Positions 34,439-44,223 of a stretch of DNA of 64,000 bases are shown here, in pieces. Position 1 is the first letter of the stretch. Every line of letters starts with the position of its first letter. A model generated the notes under the pieces. It was not told the origin of the DNA. It worked only from the letters and a program-made list of their open reading frames with translations, and did not search any database. Source of the DNA: Eutreptiella sp. 'Long Island Sound 2002' (taxonomy: Eukaryota; Protista; Euglenida). The stretch lies in contig OZ038378.1 of NCBI GenBank assembly GCA_964036045.1, positions 187,984,001-188,048,000 of the forward strand, given 5' to 3'. Both the position numbers and the translations under genes were made by a program.

Positions 34439-36693
34439 GTGCTGTGGTGGCCACCACTGTCGCATCTTAGGAAAAAGGGAATTTTTCTTGGCCTTTCCTT
34501 GGTTTCCACATCTACTTTAAAATACCTACAGTCTCCCTCACACTGAAAAATGGGCGCTCACCATGGCTGGCGTCCTTTTGCTGCTCTGATTGTACAGTTT
34601 CCTACAGAAGACTCAGCGCTCTTGGCGCTGCCGGGGCTCCTGTGGCTTGGTTGGGTTAGATTGGGAGCATGCCAAACATGTGCATATGCATCCCTTCCTC
34701 CAAGACGCAGCGTCGACACAACCCAAACGCAAGACACATTATACACACTCGCATGGGTTCTCGTAAACCTGCTGGCGACCTGTGACCTGTCTTAGGGCGT
34801 AGGGAGTCGAAAAGGAATTAATTTGCCCCTTGGTGGGGTCTTGGTTCTGCTCAGTCTCTCCAGGCACCTGCGTTTCGGCCTGAACACGGCCTACTCAGCG
34901 AGGCTGCGCGTGGGTATCTGCAGAGGCAGGAATGGGAGAATTATGGACGAATCCACGCAAAAACGAAGCGACAACAACAAAATCCGTCAAATGACGGCGC
35001 AGAATTTTTCTGAAACGACACACCTGAGCAGAATCCAATTGTGCATCTTCAGCACATTTTTATAGAAATTATAGTCATCTCTGGATTTTTTAAGTCCAGA
35101 AATTCATACGCATAAAATGGCGGCGCGCAGGAGCGGCTCCTAGCGAAGCGCCGGAAAATGGAAAAATAATGGAATTATAAACGTATGTATCACGTAGTCT
35201 TGAAAATGACGAGACACACATTAATAAACAAACATACAGATTCCACCCACACTAAAAGAAGCTTCAAAAATTCAAGAATTCGAAAATCAATTGAAAAGAC
35301 TTCAATGAATCAGGTATAAACTACAGGTATGCTCGTCTTGCATGCCGCATACACATTGCTCGTCTCGAGTCTCCGTGACCGAGTCGTGTAGCAGCGTTAA
35401 CAACGATAACCACGATAGAACGCGGTAGAGGGATTGATTAGAAAGATTGCAGATGATTAGCGGTCAGATCAGGGTGATTAGTCATACACACAAGTGCATA
35501 GCAACGTTCTTCGCGTGCGCCCCTCTCCTTGCTTCACTTCCCAGCGGTAGGTAAGGTAGGTACGCCCAGGCGGGGCCACCCCCTGGTGGAGTCAAGATTG
35601 TCGTGGAGATGGGCAGGTTTGCCCACGTGATCGTGCATAGTCGTGCATGCACACACGCATTAAAGGGTAGGCCACGCGAAGTGCGCACGGTAAACCTTGT
35701 TTAGGCTACCCAGGGGCTCCTCGGTACGTTCTTTAAGAGAACCTGAGGAGTCCCTTAACGCTTGCTTGCTTGATAAGGGTAGCTGCTCCATGCAGCGTGT
35801 TTGCGGACAGCGTATTATAGGGCACACTGAGAAGGGTATAATACCTGGAGTGTGCCTTGGTTCCTCCGCCGCAAACGCCCTTTCATTTGCCTTTGTTTTA
35901 CAGGTGGGCAGGTAGGGTGAGTGGTGCAGCAGCATTTTTTTTTATGCCCTGCTAAACAGGGGCGCAGATCACACAAACAAGTAACTCCGCTCCGCCTGTG
36001 GCAGAGCAGGGAGTCCGACTTCATCGACATCTGCGCCTTGCACACGAGAGCACTCCTTCCCTCCAAGCCCTTGCAGGGGAAACGCGTTGTGGCGTCCCCT
36101 GTGAGGCCACAGTTGCTTAGCAGCGCTGTGTTCTCTTGTCATTTCACAGGTGGGTCGCTAGGACCCTCGAGAACTTCCTCTTCGCAACGCCAAGTAGAGT
36201 GTGCGTGTAGGAGTGGTAGTCCTGCGTGGGGGCTAGAGCCAGTTGCCCAGCGCTCGCCCACCAGGATGGTGCCACTGTAGGGTGTGTAGGACCTGTAGGG
36301 GGCGTGTCACTGTCCCACCCTTTTCCTGCAATTTTAGCTGGGTTGGTGGGCTGTGACAGTGGGTTAGGCTAGTGTTTTTGGCCACATAGCAAACAGGCGT
36401 TTTGCATGCCTTCATAGCTTTTGGCCACCCCTCCCTGTAGTAGACAGGTAGGTAGGGAAAACAATACCTGGATTAACACTCTGGGTATTCCCCCAAGGTT
36501 TTGCGCCAGCACAGAAATTGGGCGCATAGGGGAGGGGAGACCCGGGGCGTACCCCGTGGCATCAATAAGCCAACCCTCCAGGTTCAGCAAGGGCGCAGAC
36601 TTGGGTATAATTAGGACACCACTTCTGCGGCTTGCTCTCAGGACCTTAGGACTAGCACACTCACACATACGCTTTGGCAGGTAAGGGTAAGGT

Positions 36694-39600
36694 TCAGTCC
36701 CTAGCTTTATTCTTGGAGGCAAGCATCTCAGCGAGCCTCAACAACTCACCAAGGTTGTTCTGGGACAAGTAGTCAACCAGAACTGAGTTTAGGCGTCCCT
36801 CAGGTAGAACAAATGCAGAGAAGGGCTCCCAGGTGGCCTCTTCGACTCCAAACCCTTCCCAGAGGGTGAGGAAGCGCCAACCCTGGCGATAGCGGTGGCG
36901 TAGGACAGACTTCACCAGGTAGAAGCCCTCCTTAGCCATCTCCTCGGCGTTCATGTCGGGGAGTTCACCTTCAACTTCCATAGGGCTGGCAGCCCCTTGT
37001 AGGTCCAGAGCGGCGATTTCCTCGTCGTTCAGCTCCCACTCCTCCCCACAGAGGTCTTCAGGATCATGGTAGCGCTTCAGGTGTTGAGCGGCGCACACCA
37101 GGGTCCCCCCTAGACGGGGAGAACATCGCACGGTGATACGGTGTCCATCCACAGATAGGATCTTGTACGGCCCGAAGTATGGGTCATCGCTGGTAGAGCG
37201 TGGCCAGGCGGGTAGTCGACTGTGGTGCACCAGCACCCAGTCCCCTTCTTGGTAGGTGGCCGGTACACGGTGCTTGTTCTTCTTGTTCCACTGACGCTCC
37301 CTCACTCTCTGGAGCATAGCCTTGGCCTTGTCCACCTTCGCTTGTTGCTCTTGGACCCATTCACCCACAGAAGAATGGGTGTCCTCTGGATAGGGGGCAT
37401 GTAGGAACCATGCCGGGCGCCCCATGAACAGCTCATGTGGCGAGTAGCCAGTAGCTGAACTCTCTTGGGAGTTCATCATCAAGGATATGACGGGGAGTAG
37501 TCTCACCCAGTCTCTGGTGCGTTCAGTTTTGCACCATATCCTGACGTTCTCCTTCAGGACACGAATCTGTCGCTCACATAGGGGGTTGCTCGTGTGAGAG
37601 TAGGGAATCCCCGTAGACACCTGGACATTGAGGGACCTCAGGACCCTCTTGTACCAGCCAGTATCTGAGCGTACTCGTACGTCCTCATCGGAGTTGATCT
37701 CCTTGGGCGCCCCATAGACACAAAACCACTCCTCCAGGAGTATCTTGATAGTCTCCTCTCCGGTAATGTGCTTGGTACATGGGAACACCCTGGTAAACCT
37801 GGTCAACCCACAGGTTACCACGAGGGCGAAGTCATAGCCCCCGAACTTCGGCATCTCCGTGTAGTCCACGTATAGAACACTGTTAGCACAGTGAGGGATG
37901 GGCAGGGTCGAGTAGAGACCTCTGTCCCTGATATCCCCTGGTTTACAGGACCTGCACGGGCACTTGTCCACGATAGGCAGGAGCGTCTTCCGCAGCTGGT
38001 CGTCAGTCCACGTAGTGTGGAACCACTGCTTGAACAGCCTCAGGGTACGGTCAGCACCCACATGACCACTGGACTCATGGGTCCACTTCAGCAGCGCTGG
38101 GACTCGGTCACTAGGCACCACGATGCGGTCCTCGTGCCAGAGGTAGCTCTTGTCCCGCTTCCACTGGTCTTGGTTGACCAGGAGGGGTTCAAGGCGTTTC
38201 TCCAGGCGCCGGTAGATATCCCCAAACTCCTGTAGGTACTCCGATTGTTGGAGTCCATCCAGGGGGCGTATCATGGTCATGTTCAGGTCCAGGTGTACGT
38301 CCATACGGCTGAACGCTTCCTTAGCCAGCGCTTCAGACCGGGCACCAATCAGGGCGTCGAAGTTGTTGCGGCTGATGTAGTCGGCACACTCGTTCTTCAC
38401 TCCCTGGATATGGTGTACCGTCAGCCGTAGTTGACTGAGGTAGGTCCACCAGCGACGTAGCTTGGCCTTCTCAGGTGGGGGGCCCTTCTGGAAACTGCGG
38501 ACCGGTTCTTGGTCGCATAGCCAGACCACAGGGTTACTCCCCAACAGTCGTGCTTGTGAGGATAGCACCAGCATACCCGCGAGCAGTTCCTGCTCATAGG
38601 TGGAGTAGTTCCCTCTGGCCTGGTTCCACTTCCAGTTCCAGTGGCCCAGAGGTACTAGGACCCACTTGTCGTCAGGGTAGCTGTGCTTGAGGGTTCCATC
38701 TCGGTTGAGACCTTCCGTCCCCCATTGGGAAATGGCCGAGTCGAACTCCTCCTTCTCTAGTGCTTGCCATTGGAACAACGTTCCACCACCGCCCACATTG
38801 CTGGCGTCGGTCACCAGGATAATCTCCCCTTGTGCCCTAGGCACGCCCAAGCACTTAGCGTTGGCTACCTTGTCTTTGAGCTCGTCAAACGCTTGTTGCT
38901 CTTGTGGGCCCCAGCGCCAAGTAGTACTCTTCTTGATCAAGTCAGTCAGTACCGCGCTGGTGTAGGTGAAGTTTTTGATGTGGCGGCGATAGAAGTTGCA
39001 CGCCCCAATGAAACTGCGTACATCATGAAGTCCTTTCTTGGGGTCTTCGTGTCGTACCTTGGCATCCATCAGGGGTTTGGCCTTAGAGGCCGCTGGGGTC
39101 CACCACCCATAGCCAACGTCAAACCCCAGGTACTGCATGGTCTCCTGCATGAACTCACACTTCTCCAGCTTGAGTCGTGTGTGGTTCTCCTGGCAGACCG
39201 CAAAGAACTCACCCAAGAGGATTAGGTGATCCTCCTGGGTATTGGTCCCTAGGCATACATCGTCGATGTGAGCCTCCATCTGGGCCCCACGGGATATGAG
39301 CTCCTGCACCTTAGGTCTCCGTCGTAGGATGGACAAGATCTTGTTCATCAGCTCTTGGAACAGAGCGGGGGCGTTAGCCACGCCGAATGGCATGACCTTC
39401 CACTTGAATACCCTCCCCTGAGGGGTGATGAAGGCCAGTAGTTCCTGCGCGTTGGGCGTCAGGTCCACTTGCCAGAATCCACTTCGCTTGTCCATCTTGG
39501 TCTTGTAGCGACAGGAGGCTATCTTCTCCAGGGTAGACTCCATATTGGGAATGGACCCTGAGTGGTTCAGCGTCTTCTTGTTCAGCTCTCCATAGTCTAC

Positions 39601-41622
39601 TACCAGCCGTTTGGCTGTAGACCCAGGTTTAGCCACCAGGAAACAGGGGCTGCAGTGTAGGGGGTAGTCCCCATCCTTGTACTCCAGGACTAGGCCAGCG
39701 TCGATACATTCTTGTATCTGTCGCTCAATCTCGTCGGCCTGCTCTTTAGGAGCTGGATAGGGTCTCCTCCGGATCTTGTGACCCACGAACTCGGGTTTCA
39801 GCTTGAGGTCCATCTGTACCAGCTTGTCGCATGAGGCTGGAGGGGGTAGTTCTCCGAACACCTCCAGATAGGTCCTTATCAGCTTTTGTACCCGCGGGTC
39901 CAGTACCTTGATCTTGTCCTCCATGTCCTCGTCGGAGTGTAAGTTGCTTGCCCCTTGAATAGACGTCGGGAGGTGGTCCTCCACCGACTCTTCGCCCGCG
40001 GTAGCATCCTTCAGCCCTTGGTAGGCATACAGAAGGTCTTGCTCAACCATCTCCGGTGGACGATGGCAACATAGGCACGCTTTAGGGGGTTCACATACAC
40101 ATTCCTCCGAGAGGTCGTCCTCATCTGGGGTCCTCACATGGGCACCCCATACGCTCTTCATGAGCTTGAGATCTACCTCCCTTTGCCAGGTGGTGATCTT
40201 CTGTTCGAGGTCCTCCTTCAGTTGGGATAGGTCTCCCATACGTCCTTGCTTCAGTGGCCACGAGCTGCGGGTAGGCTTCGCGTAGCATAGCTTTTTCGCC
40301 ACCAACTTCCTCTTGGAATCCACATACTCCCTGAGCCTGGATCTAGGGTCCAGCTCTTCATCCACGGGGTCTTCCACCCTCATGGAAAGTAGGGGTTTTA
40401 GTGGGGCGACGTACTCGGCGTTCTCCACTTCTTCCACCGCAGTCTGCACGAAGAAGGCGTCGTGCTCAGTTTCGTCGTCTGAGTGGATAGAGCTAGGTAG
40501 CTCAGATAGTCCACACTCAGAGACTCCATCAGGAACAGGTACATGACAGGGAGAGTTGGGGGCGTTGGTGTCAGTCACGACGTACTCATCTCCTCCGGGT
40601 GTAGTTTCAACAGCATCTTGAGGTCGTAGGCGATCCTTCAAGTCACCCAAGGCGAGTCCATCGCTTTCTCGTTGTATAGCCTGGACCAGAGTAGGGTCCA
40701 GGTCTTCCCAGGGGATGGTGGTAAGACTTCCGTCCACCACGCTGAGCATACTCCCCCATCCGGGCTTCCCAATGGGCGTCTTGCGTCCCAGAGGCACGTA
40801 GATGGCCTCATCAGGTAACCGCACAGAGCTGATAGTCAGCTTGTCAAGGAGGGTTCGCCAGTACTCGTTGCCCCCATGGGCTCCCCAATCGGGGGAACAC
40901 AGGACCATACGGGAACGTTCCAAGGCCACCTTGGTCAGCACCTTCCCCAGTTCACTGAATCTGGGGTTCCCGTAGGCCATCCCGAAAGAGGGCCAGTAAA
41001 ATTTGTAGCTGCAGTTCTTCCCCTTGCTGCAGTATAGGTCCAGTACATGCTGCTTGTCGCTGGCGAACAGTTCCACACTTAGGTCTTCTCGAGAGTAACC
41101 CAACTCCTTCAGACCTTGGTCTAGGACTTCCCCCAATAGTTGATAGTCCTCAGTTTTGGAGGCCGCCATCATGTTCGAGGGCTCCTCCTTCGATAGTCTC
41201 AGGTAACTCGAGGTATGTTCCGACTGCTCCAGTGGCACAGACTCTCTGCCACTGCCGTGGTCCACGTACAGGAGGTAGGGCGCTTGCAGCGTCAGGGATT
41301 GTATCTGGGAGTGCTGCACGAAGAAGTCAGTACCCAGTACAAAGTCGAAGGCATCAGTGTCCATCACATAGAACCGATGGGCGATAGTCTTGGAGCCCAT
41401 AGGTACCTCCACTTCGCAGTCCCCGCAGCTGTGCACCACATGTCCATCCCCCATCCGTATAGCGGCGGTGGTCATGGTGTTCTTCAGGCTCCCACAAGGT
41501 AAAATTTTCTTGGCCACTATCGATATTGTGGCTCCAGTATCCAGTACCCCCAGGTATTCACGTCCCCCTAGTCGGATACGTACCCAAAACACCAGGTCTT
41601 GGGTGCCACCAGAGCGTCCCCG
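36694..41622 (-). CDS. pol: Pol: protease - amino-MTase-like domain - spacer - RT - RNase H - integrase - chromodomain; in frame with gag after one UGA
   Basis: LDTGA (PR); VELFAS/YGNPRF/LCSPDW (MTase-like); KMDKRSGFWQ, MPFGVANAP, HIDD (RT); TDAS, EQELLA, CDQ, ADYISR (RNH); HESSGH..CPCRSC, YVDY, NSDED, LCERQ, GPY (IN); FYLVKSVL..WEGF..EATWEP (chromo). Open from the codon after the gag stop. Confidence 0.95.
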   Translation of the reverse strand, partial: RGRSGGTQDLVFWVRIRLGGREYLGVLDTGATISIVAKKILPCGSLKNTMTTAAIRMGDGHVVHSCGDCEVEVPMGSKTIAHRFYVMDTDAFDFVLGTDFFVQHSQIQSLTLQAPYLLYVDHGSGRESVPLEQSEHTSSYLRLSKEEPSNMMAASKTEDYQLLGEVLDQGLKELGYSREDLSVELFASDKQHVLDLYCSKGKNCSYKFYWPSFGMAYGNPRFSELGKVLTKVALERSRMVLCSPDWGAHGGNEYWRTLLDKLTISSVRLPDEAIYVPLGRKTPIGKPGWGSMLSVVDGSLTTIPWEDLDPTLVQAIQRESDGLALGDLKDRLRPQDAVETTPGGDEYVVTDTNAPNSPCHVPVPDGVSECGLSELPSSIHSDDETEHDAFFVQTAVEEVENAEYVAPLKPLLSMRVEDPVDEELDPRSRLREYVDSKRKLVAKKLCYAKPTRSSWPLKQGRMGDLSQLKEDLEQKITTWQREVDLKLMKSVWGAHVRTPDEDDLSEECVCEPPKACLCCHRPPEMVEQDLLYAYQGLKDATAGEESVEDHLPTSIQGASNLHSDEDMEDKIKVLDPRVQKLIRTYLEVFGELPPPASCDKLVQMDLKLKPEFVGHKIRRRPYPAPKEQADEIERQIQECIDAGLVLEYKDGDYPLHCSPCFLVAKPGSTAKRLVVDYGELNKKTLNHSGSIPNMESTLEKIASCRYKTKMDKRSGFWQVDLTPNAQELLAFITPQGRVFKWKVMPFGVANAPALFQELMNKILSILRRRPKVQELISRGAQMEAHIDDVCLGTNTQEDHLILLGEFFAVCQENHTRLKLEKCEFMQETMQYLGFDVGYGWWTPAASKAKPLMDAKVRHEDPKKGLHDVRSFIGACNFYRRHIKNFTYTSAVLTDLIKKSTTWRWGPQEQQAFDELKDKVANAKCLGVPRAQGEIILVTDASNVGGGGTLFQWQALEKEEFDSAISQWGTEGLNRDGTLKHSYPDDKWVLVPLGHWNWKWNQARGNYSTYEQELLAGMLVLSSQARLLGSNPVVWLCDQEPVRSFQKGPPPEKAKLRRWWTYLSQLRLTVHHIQGVKNECADYISRNNFDALIGARSEALAKEAFSRMDVHLDLNMTMIRPLDGLQQSEYLQEFGDIYRRLEKRLEPLLVNQDQWKRDKSYLWHEDRIVVPSDRVPALLKWTHESSGHVGADRTLRLFKQWFHTTWTDDQLRKTLLPIVDKCPCRSCKPGDIRDRGLYSTLPIPHCANSVLYVDYTEMPKFGGYDFALVVTCGLTRFTRVFPCTKHITGEETIKILLEEWFCVYGAPKEINSDEDVRVRSDTGWYKRVLRSLNVQVSTGIPYSHTSNPLCERQIRVLKENVRIWCKTERTRDWVRLLPVISLMMNSQESSATGYSPHELFMGRPAWFLHAPYPEDTHSSVGEWVQEQQAKVDKAKAMLQRVRERQWNKKNKHRVPATYQEGDWVLVHHSRLPAWPRSTSDDPYFGPYKILSVDGHRITVRCSPRLGGTLVCAAQHLKRYHDPEDLCGEEWELNDEEIAALDLQGAASPMEVEGELPDMNAEEMAKEGFYLVKSVLRHRYRQGWRFLTLWEGFGVEEATWEPFSAFVLPEGRLNSVLVDYLSQNNLGELLRLAEMLASKNKARD

Positions 41623-44124
41623 TCAGAACTCCGCGGGACAGGTCACCTCGAACCCCTTGTTCCGCAATTTGCGGGCCATCCTCATGAAACGGCTTCTCTT
41701 CTTTGCGTTGCCGTCGTCACCACCTTCATGCTCACGCTTGGCTCCTTGTTCTTGCTGGGCCTGCGTCTGTGAGCGTGTGGTAGGTCCAGACTGCCCTCCA
41801 GAGGGCTCGGAGTTCCCCCCTGGATTAGGGTTGGGGTTACCTCCGTTCTTGTCCTTGTTCTTGTTGTCGTTCTGGCGATTAGCGCCTCCTCCTCGTCCGC
41901 CTTGACCCTTGTCTTGACCACCTTGACCACGTCCTTTCGACTTGCCCTTGCCGGAGTCGTTGCCTTTGGCCTTGCCTCCACCTTTGCCTGAGCTTTTGCC
42001 AGGATCTTCCCCCTTAAGCTTCGCCGATAGGCGTTGCTTATGGTAGCACTCGTCCTCATAGTGCTTCCGCTTACCGCGGAATGCACACGTGATGGTGCAG
42101 CGGTAATGATCCGGCATCTTCACCTTGGCGCCGGTGATCTTTTCCTGCTGCTTCCCCTGGACAACAAAGCAGTCTCGCTGCTCGCAGTCGGAGGCATGCT
42201 GCAGGTGGCCCTGTTCATCTCTGGCATCACACCAGAATAGCTCCTTCACGTTCTCCATTAGGCGGGCGTGGGCGTGTTTGGGGGTAGTCCCCTGCCCAGG
42301 TCGGGACCCTTGGTACCCTTTACCTCCAGAACCTCCACCGCCAGGACGGTAGTGGTTCAGGTGTTGGTCGCTCTCCTTCTCCAGCGCCATCTCCAGGAGC
42401 AGCACGCATAGATCCTCGTAGCGGAGGGATCTAGCCTTGCGCTCAGCCGTCAGACGGCACTCGTCCCATAGCTCACGGGGGAGCTTGGAGCACAACCAAA
42501 ACAGCAGGTCGTCGCTGCTGTAGGAACCGGGCGTCAGTCGTCCAGCCCAGTGGTCCAGGTCCGCCAACAGCTCGGAGACCCTGCCGGGTTTGGGGTTGTT
42601 CGGCAGCACGGGCAGGTTCTGGATCTCGGCCCTGATGGAGAGGTCGGTCTCGTAGGTTGGATACTGCCTCTCCAGGGCAACCAACACGTCGGCAAAGGTG
42701 GCGGAGTTGGTGACGATCTGCCTGACCTGCTTCTCCAGGTACTTCGTCTTGCAGCACTGCAGGAGCAGGTCGCACTTCACTCGCCCACTCGCGTGGGTTT
42801 GGCCGGTCAGTCGTAGGAACCGGCCAAAGTTCTCAGCGAACTCGCTGAGGTCCTTGCCTGTGAATTCAGGCAGGTTTACCACAATCTTGGAGGTGGCAAT
42901 AGCCTTCGCCTCCTGAGCTCGGCGTCCTTCAGGGCGTCGGGTCTTCTTCTTCTTCTTCTTCTTCTTCTTGCCCTTGGGGTCCTCGGGGTCCTCAGGGTCT
43001 TCGTCATCCGATGGCGAAGAAGAAGTCATCGAAGGCGGCCCATCATCGGAGGGGTCTCCGCCTAGATCACTGGAGCCATAAGGCTCCACGTCCACCATAG
43101 CTCTTAGGGCTGTCAGCCCCAGCTGGTCCAGCTCGGCCCTCGTCGAGTTCGTCACGTGACTGTAGGGCGGCTGGGCTGTCCTCGGGACGAATGGGCTTCT
43201 TGGTACTGCTGCAGGAGTCGGCATCGGTCGGCTCCTCAGGCTCCCCAGGGTATTCGTCAACCCTGCCGCCAGGTGGTTAGCCTGTACTCGGTGGGGTGAC
43301 ATCCCCACTGTCGTAGGTGACGCATGGGACGGGATCATCAGGGGCTGCAGCTTCTCCCTGATCTCTTGCGTGAGGTCGCTCACGATTTTCGAAGTGGCTC
43401 CTTGGAGCACCTCGTTGATCTCCGACCGCGTCAGGGACCTGTTGGAGGATCTTCCCGATCCTCTACTCCTGCCTCCCAGAGACTCTGGTCCTCTCCTCAA
43501 CCCACTCAGGGGTGCATACCCAGGTGCACACCCAGGAGCATACCCAGGAACTTCCATGTAGGTTCCAGTGGAGTGAAGTGGATGGGGATGGTCAGCCGCA
43601 TACCAACGCGGCGCAGAGCTGGAAGCCACCGGCTCACTGGCAGTAGTTGCCTCAAGGAGCGCAGTGGTAGGTGGGCCCATGCCATAGGCGGGGTAGTGAG
43701 GCATGCCAGTAAAGCCTGTGCCCTCTGCCATAGGCTGGTTGGTTGTGGAAGTGGATGTAGCGGCGGCTGGGTGTGTGGTGGTTATGGGAGAGGGTGATGC
43801 TTGGAGGCCAGAAGCGCTTGGTGCGCCTTCGAAGGTAGGGATATCCGTCGGGTCTTGCCCTTGCTCCTCTCCTTCGTCTGTTCCTTCTCCAGCATCCTTC
43901 TCGCTCTCGTTTCCTCTCTTCCTCTTCACAGGCTGAGGCTGAGAGACCATTTCCTTCACCGACAGGGCCCCAAAGGCCGTCTGGAGGCCATCCAAGGAGT
44001 CCTCCGCCGTATCCATTGGCCCATGTAAGGGCTCCACCGAAGGTACAGCGTCAGGCGCCGGCCTTGCCGGTGTCTCTGGCGCTGGCGCTGTGTTCACCTC
44101 GGCGTCCACTCTTCCTGGATCCAT
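41623..44124 (-). CDS. gag: Gag polyprotein, 833 aa
   Basis: ATG ~100 nt from the 5' LTR; poly-Lys tract; capsid-like region (NLPEFTGKDLSEFAENF); knuckle CAFRGKRKHYEDEC; G/K-rich tail; TGA at 41625-41623. Confidence 0.9.
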   Translation of the reverse strand: MDPGRVDAEVNTAPAPETPARPAPDAVPSVEPLHGPMDTAEDSLDGLQTAFGALSVKEMVSQPQPVKRKRGNESEKDAGEGTDEGEEQGQDPTDIPTFEGAPSASGLQASPSPITTTHPAAATSTSTTNQPMAEGTGFTGMPHYPAYGMGPPTTALLEATTASEPVASSSAPRWYAADHPHPLHSTGTYMEVPGYAPGCAPGYAPLSGLRRGPESLGGRSRGSGRSSNRSLTRSEINEVLQGATSKIVSDLTQEIREKLQPLMIPSHASPTTVGMSPHRVQANHLAAGLTNTLGSLRSRPMPTPAAVPRSPFVPRTAQPPYSHVTNSTRAELDQLGLTALRAMVDVEPYGSSDLGGDPSDDGPPSMTSSSPSDDEDPEDPEDPKGKKKKKKKKKTRRPEGRRAQEAKAIATSKIVVNLPEFTGKDLSEFAENFGRFLRLTGQTHASGRVKCDLLLQCCKTKYLEKQVRQIVTNSATFADVLVALERQYPTYETDLSIRAEIQNLPVLPNNPKPGRVSELLADLDHWAGRLTPGSYSSDDLLFWLCSKLPRELWDECRLTAERKARSLRYEDLCVLLLEMALEKESDQHLNHYRPGGGGSGGKGYQGSRPGQGTTPKHAHARLMENVKELFWCDARDEQGHLQHASDCEQRDCFVVQGKQQEKITGAKVKMPDHYRCTITCAFRGKRKHYEDECYHKQRLSAKLKGEDPGKSSGKGGGKAKGNDSGKGKSKGRGQGGQDKGQGGRGGGANRQNDNKNKDKNGGNPNPNPGGNSEPSGGQSGPTTRSQTQAQQEQGAKREHEGGDDGNAKKRSRFMRMARKLRNKGFEVTCPAEF

Positions 44125-44210
44125 CTTAATCCACCCTTCTGCTTTTGTTTGCCTGCTCGGAGCACTGGTTGTACGGCGCGGGGTCGCTGCCGGTGCACAG
44201 AGACAGGCTG

Positions 44211-44223
44211 CCTCTTGCTACCA
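44211..44223 (-). other. Primer-binding site TGGTAGCAAGAGG (initiator-Met tRNA-like), overlapping the LTR by 1 nt
   Basis: Begins with TGG. Matches the recalled eukaryotic tRNA-iMet complement TGGTAGCAGAGG with one extra A; the host tRNA sequence was not available to check. Confidence 0.7.
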
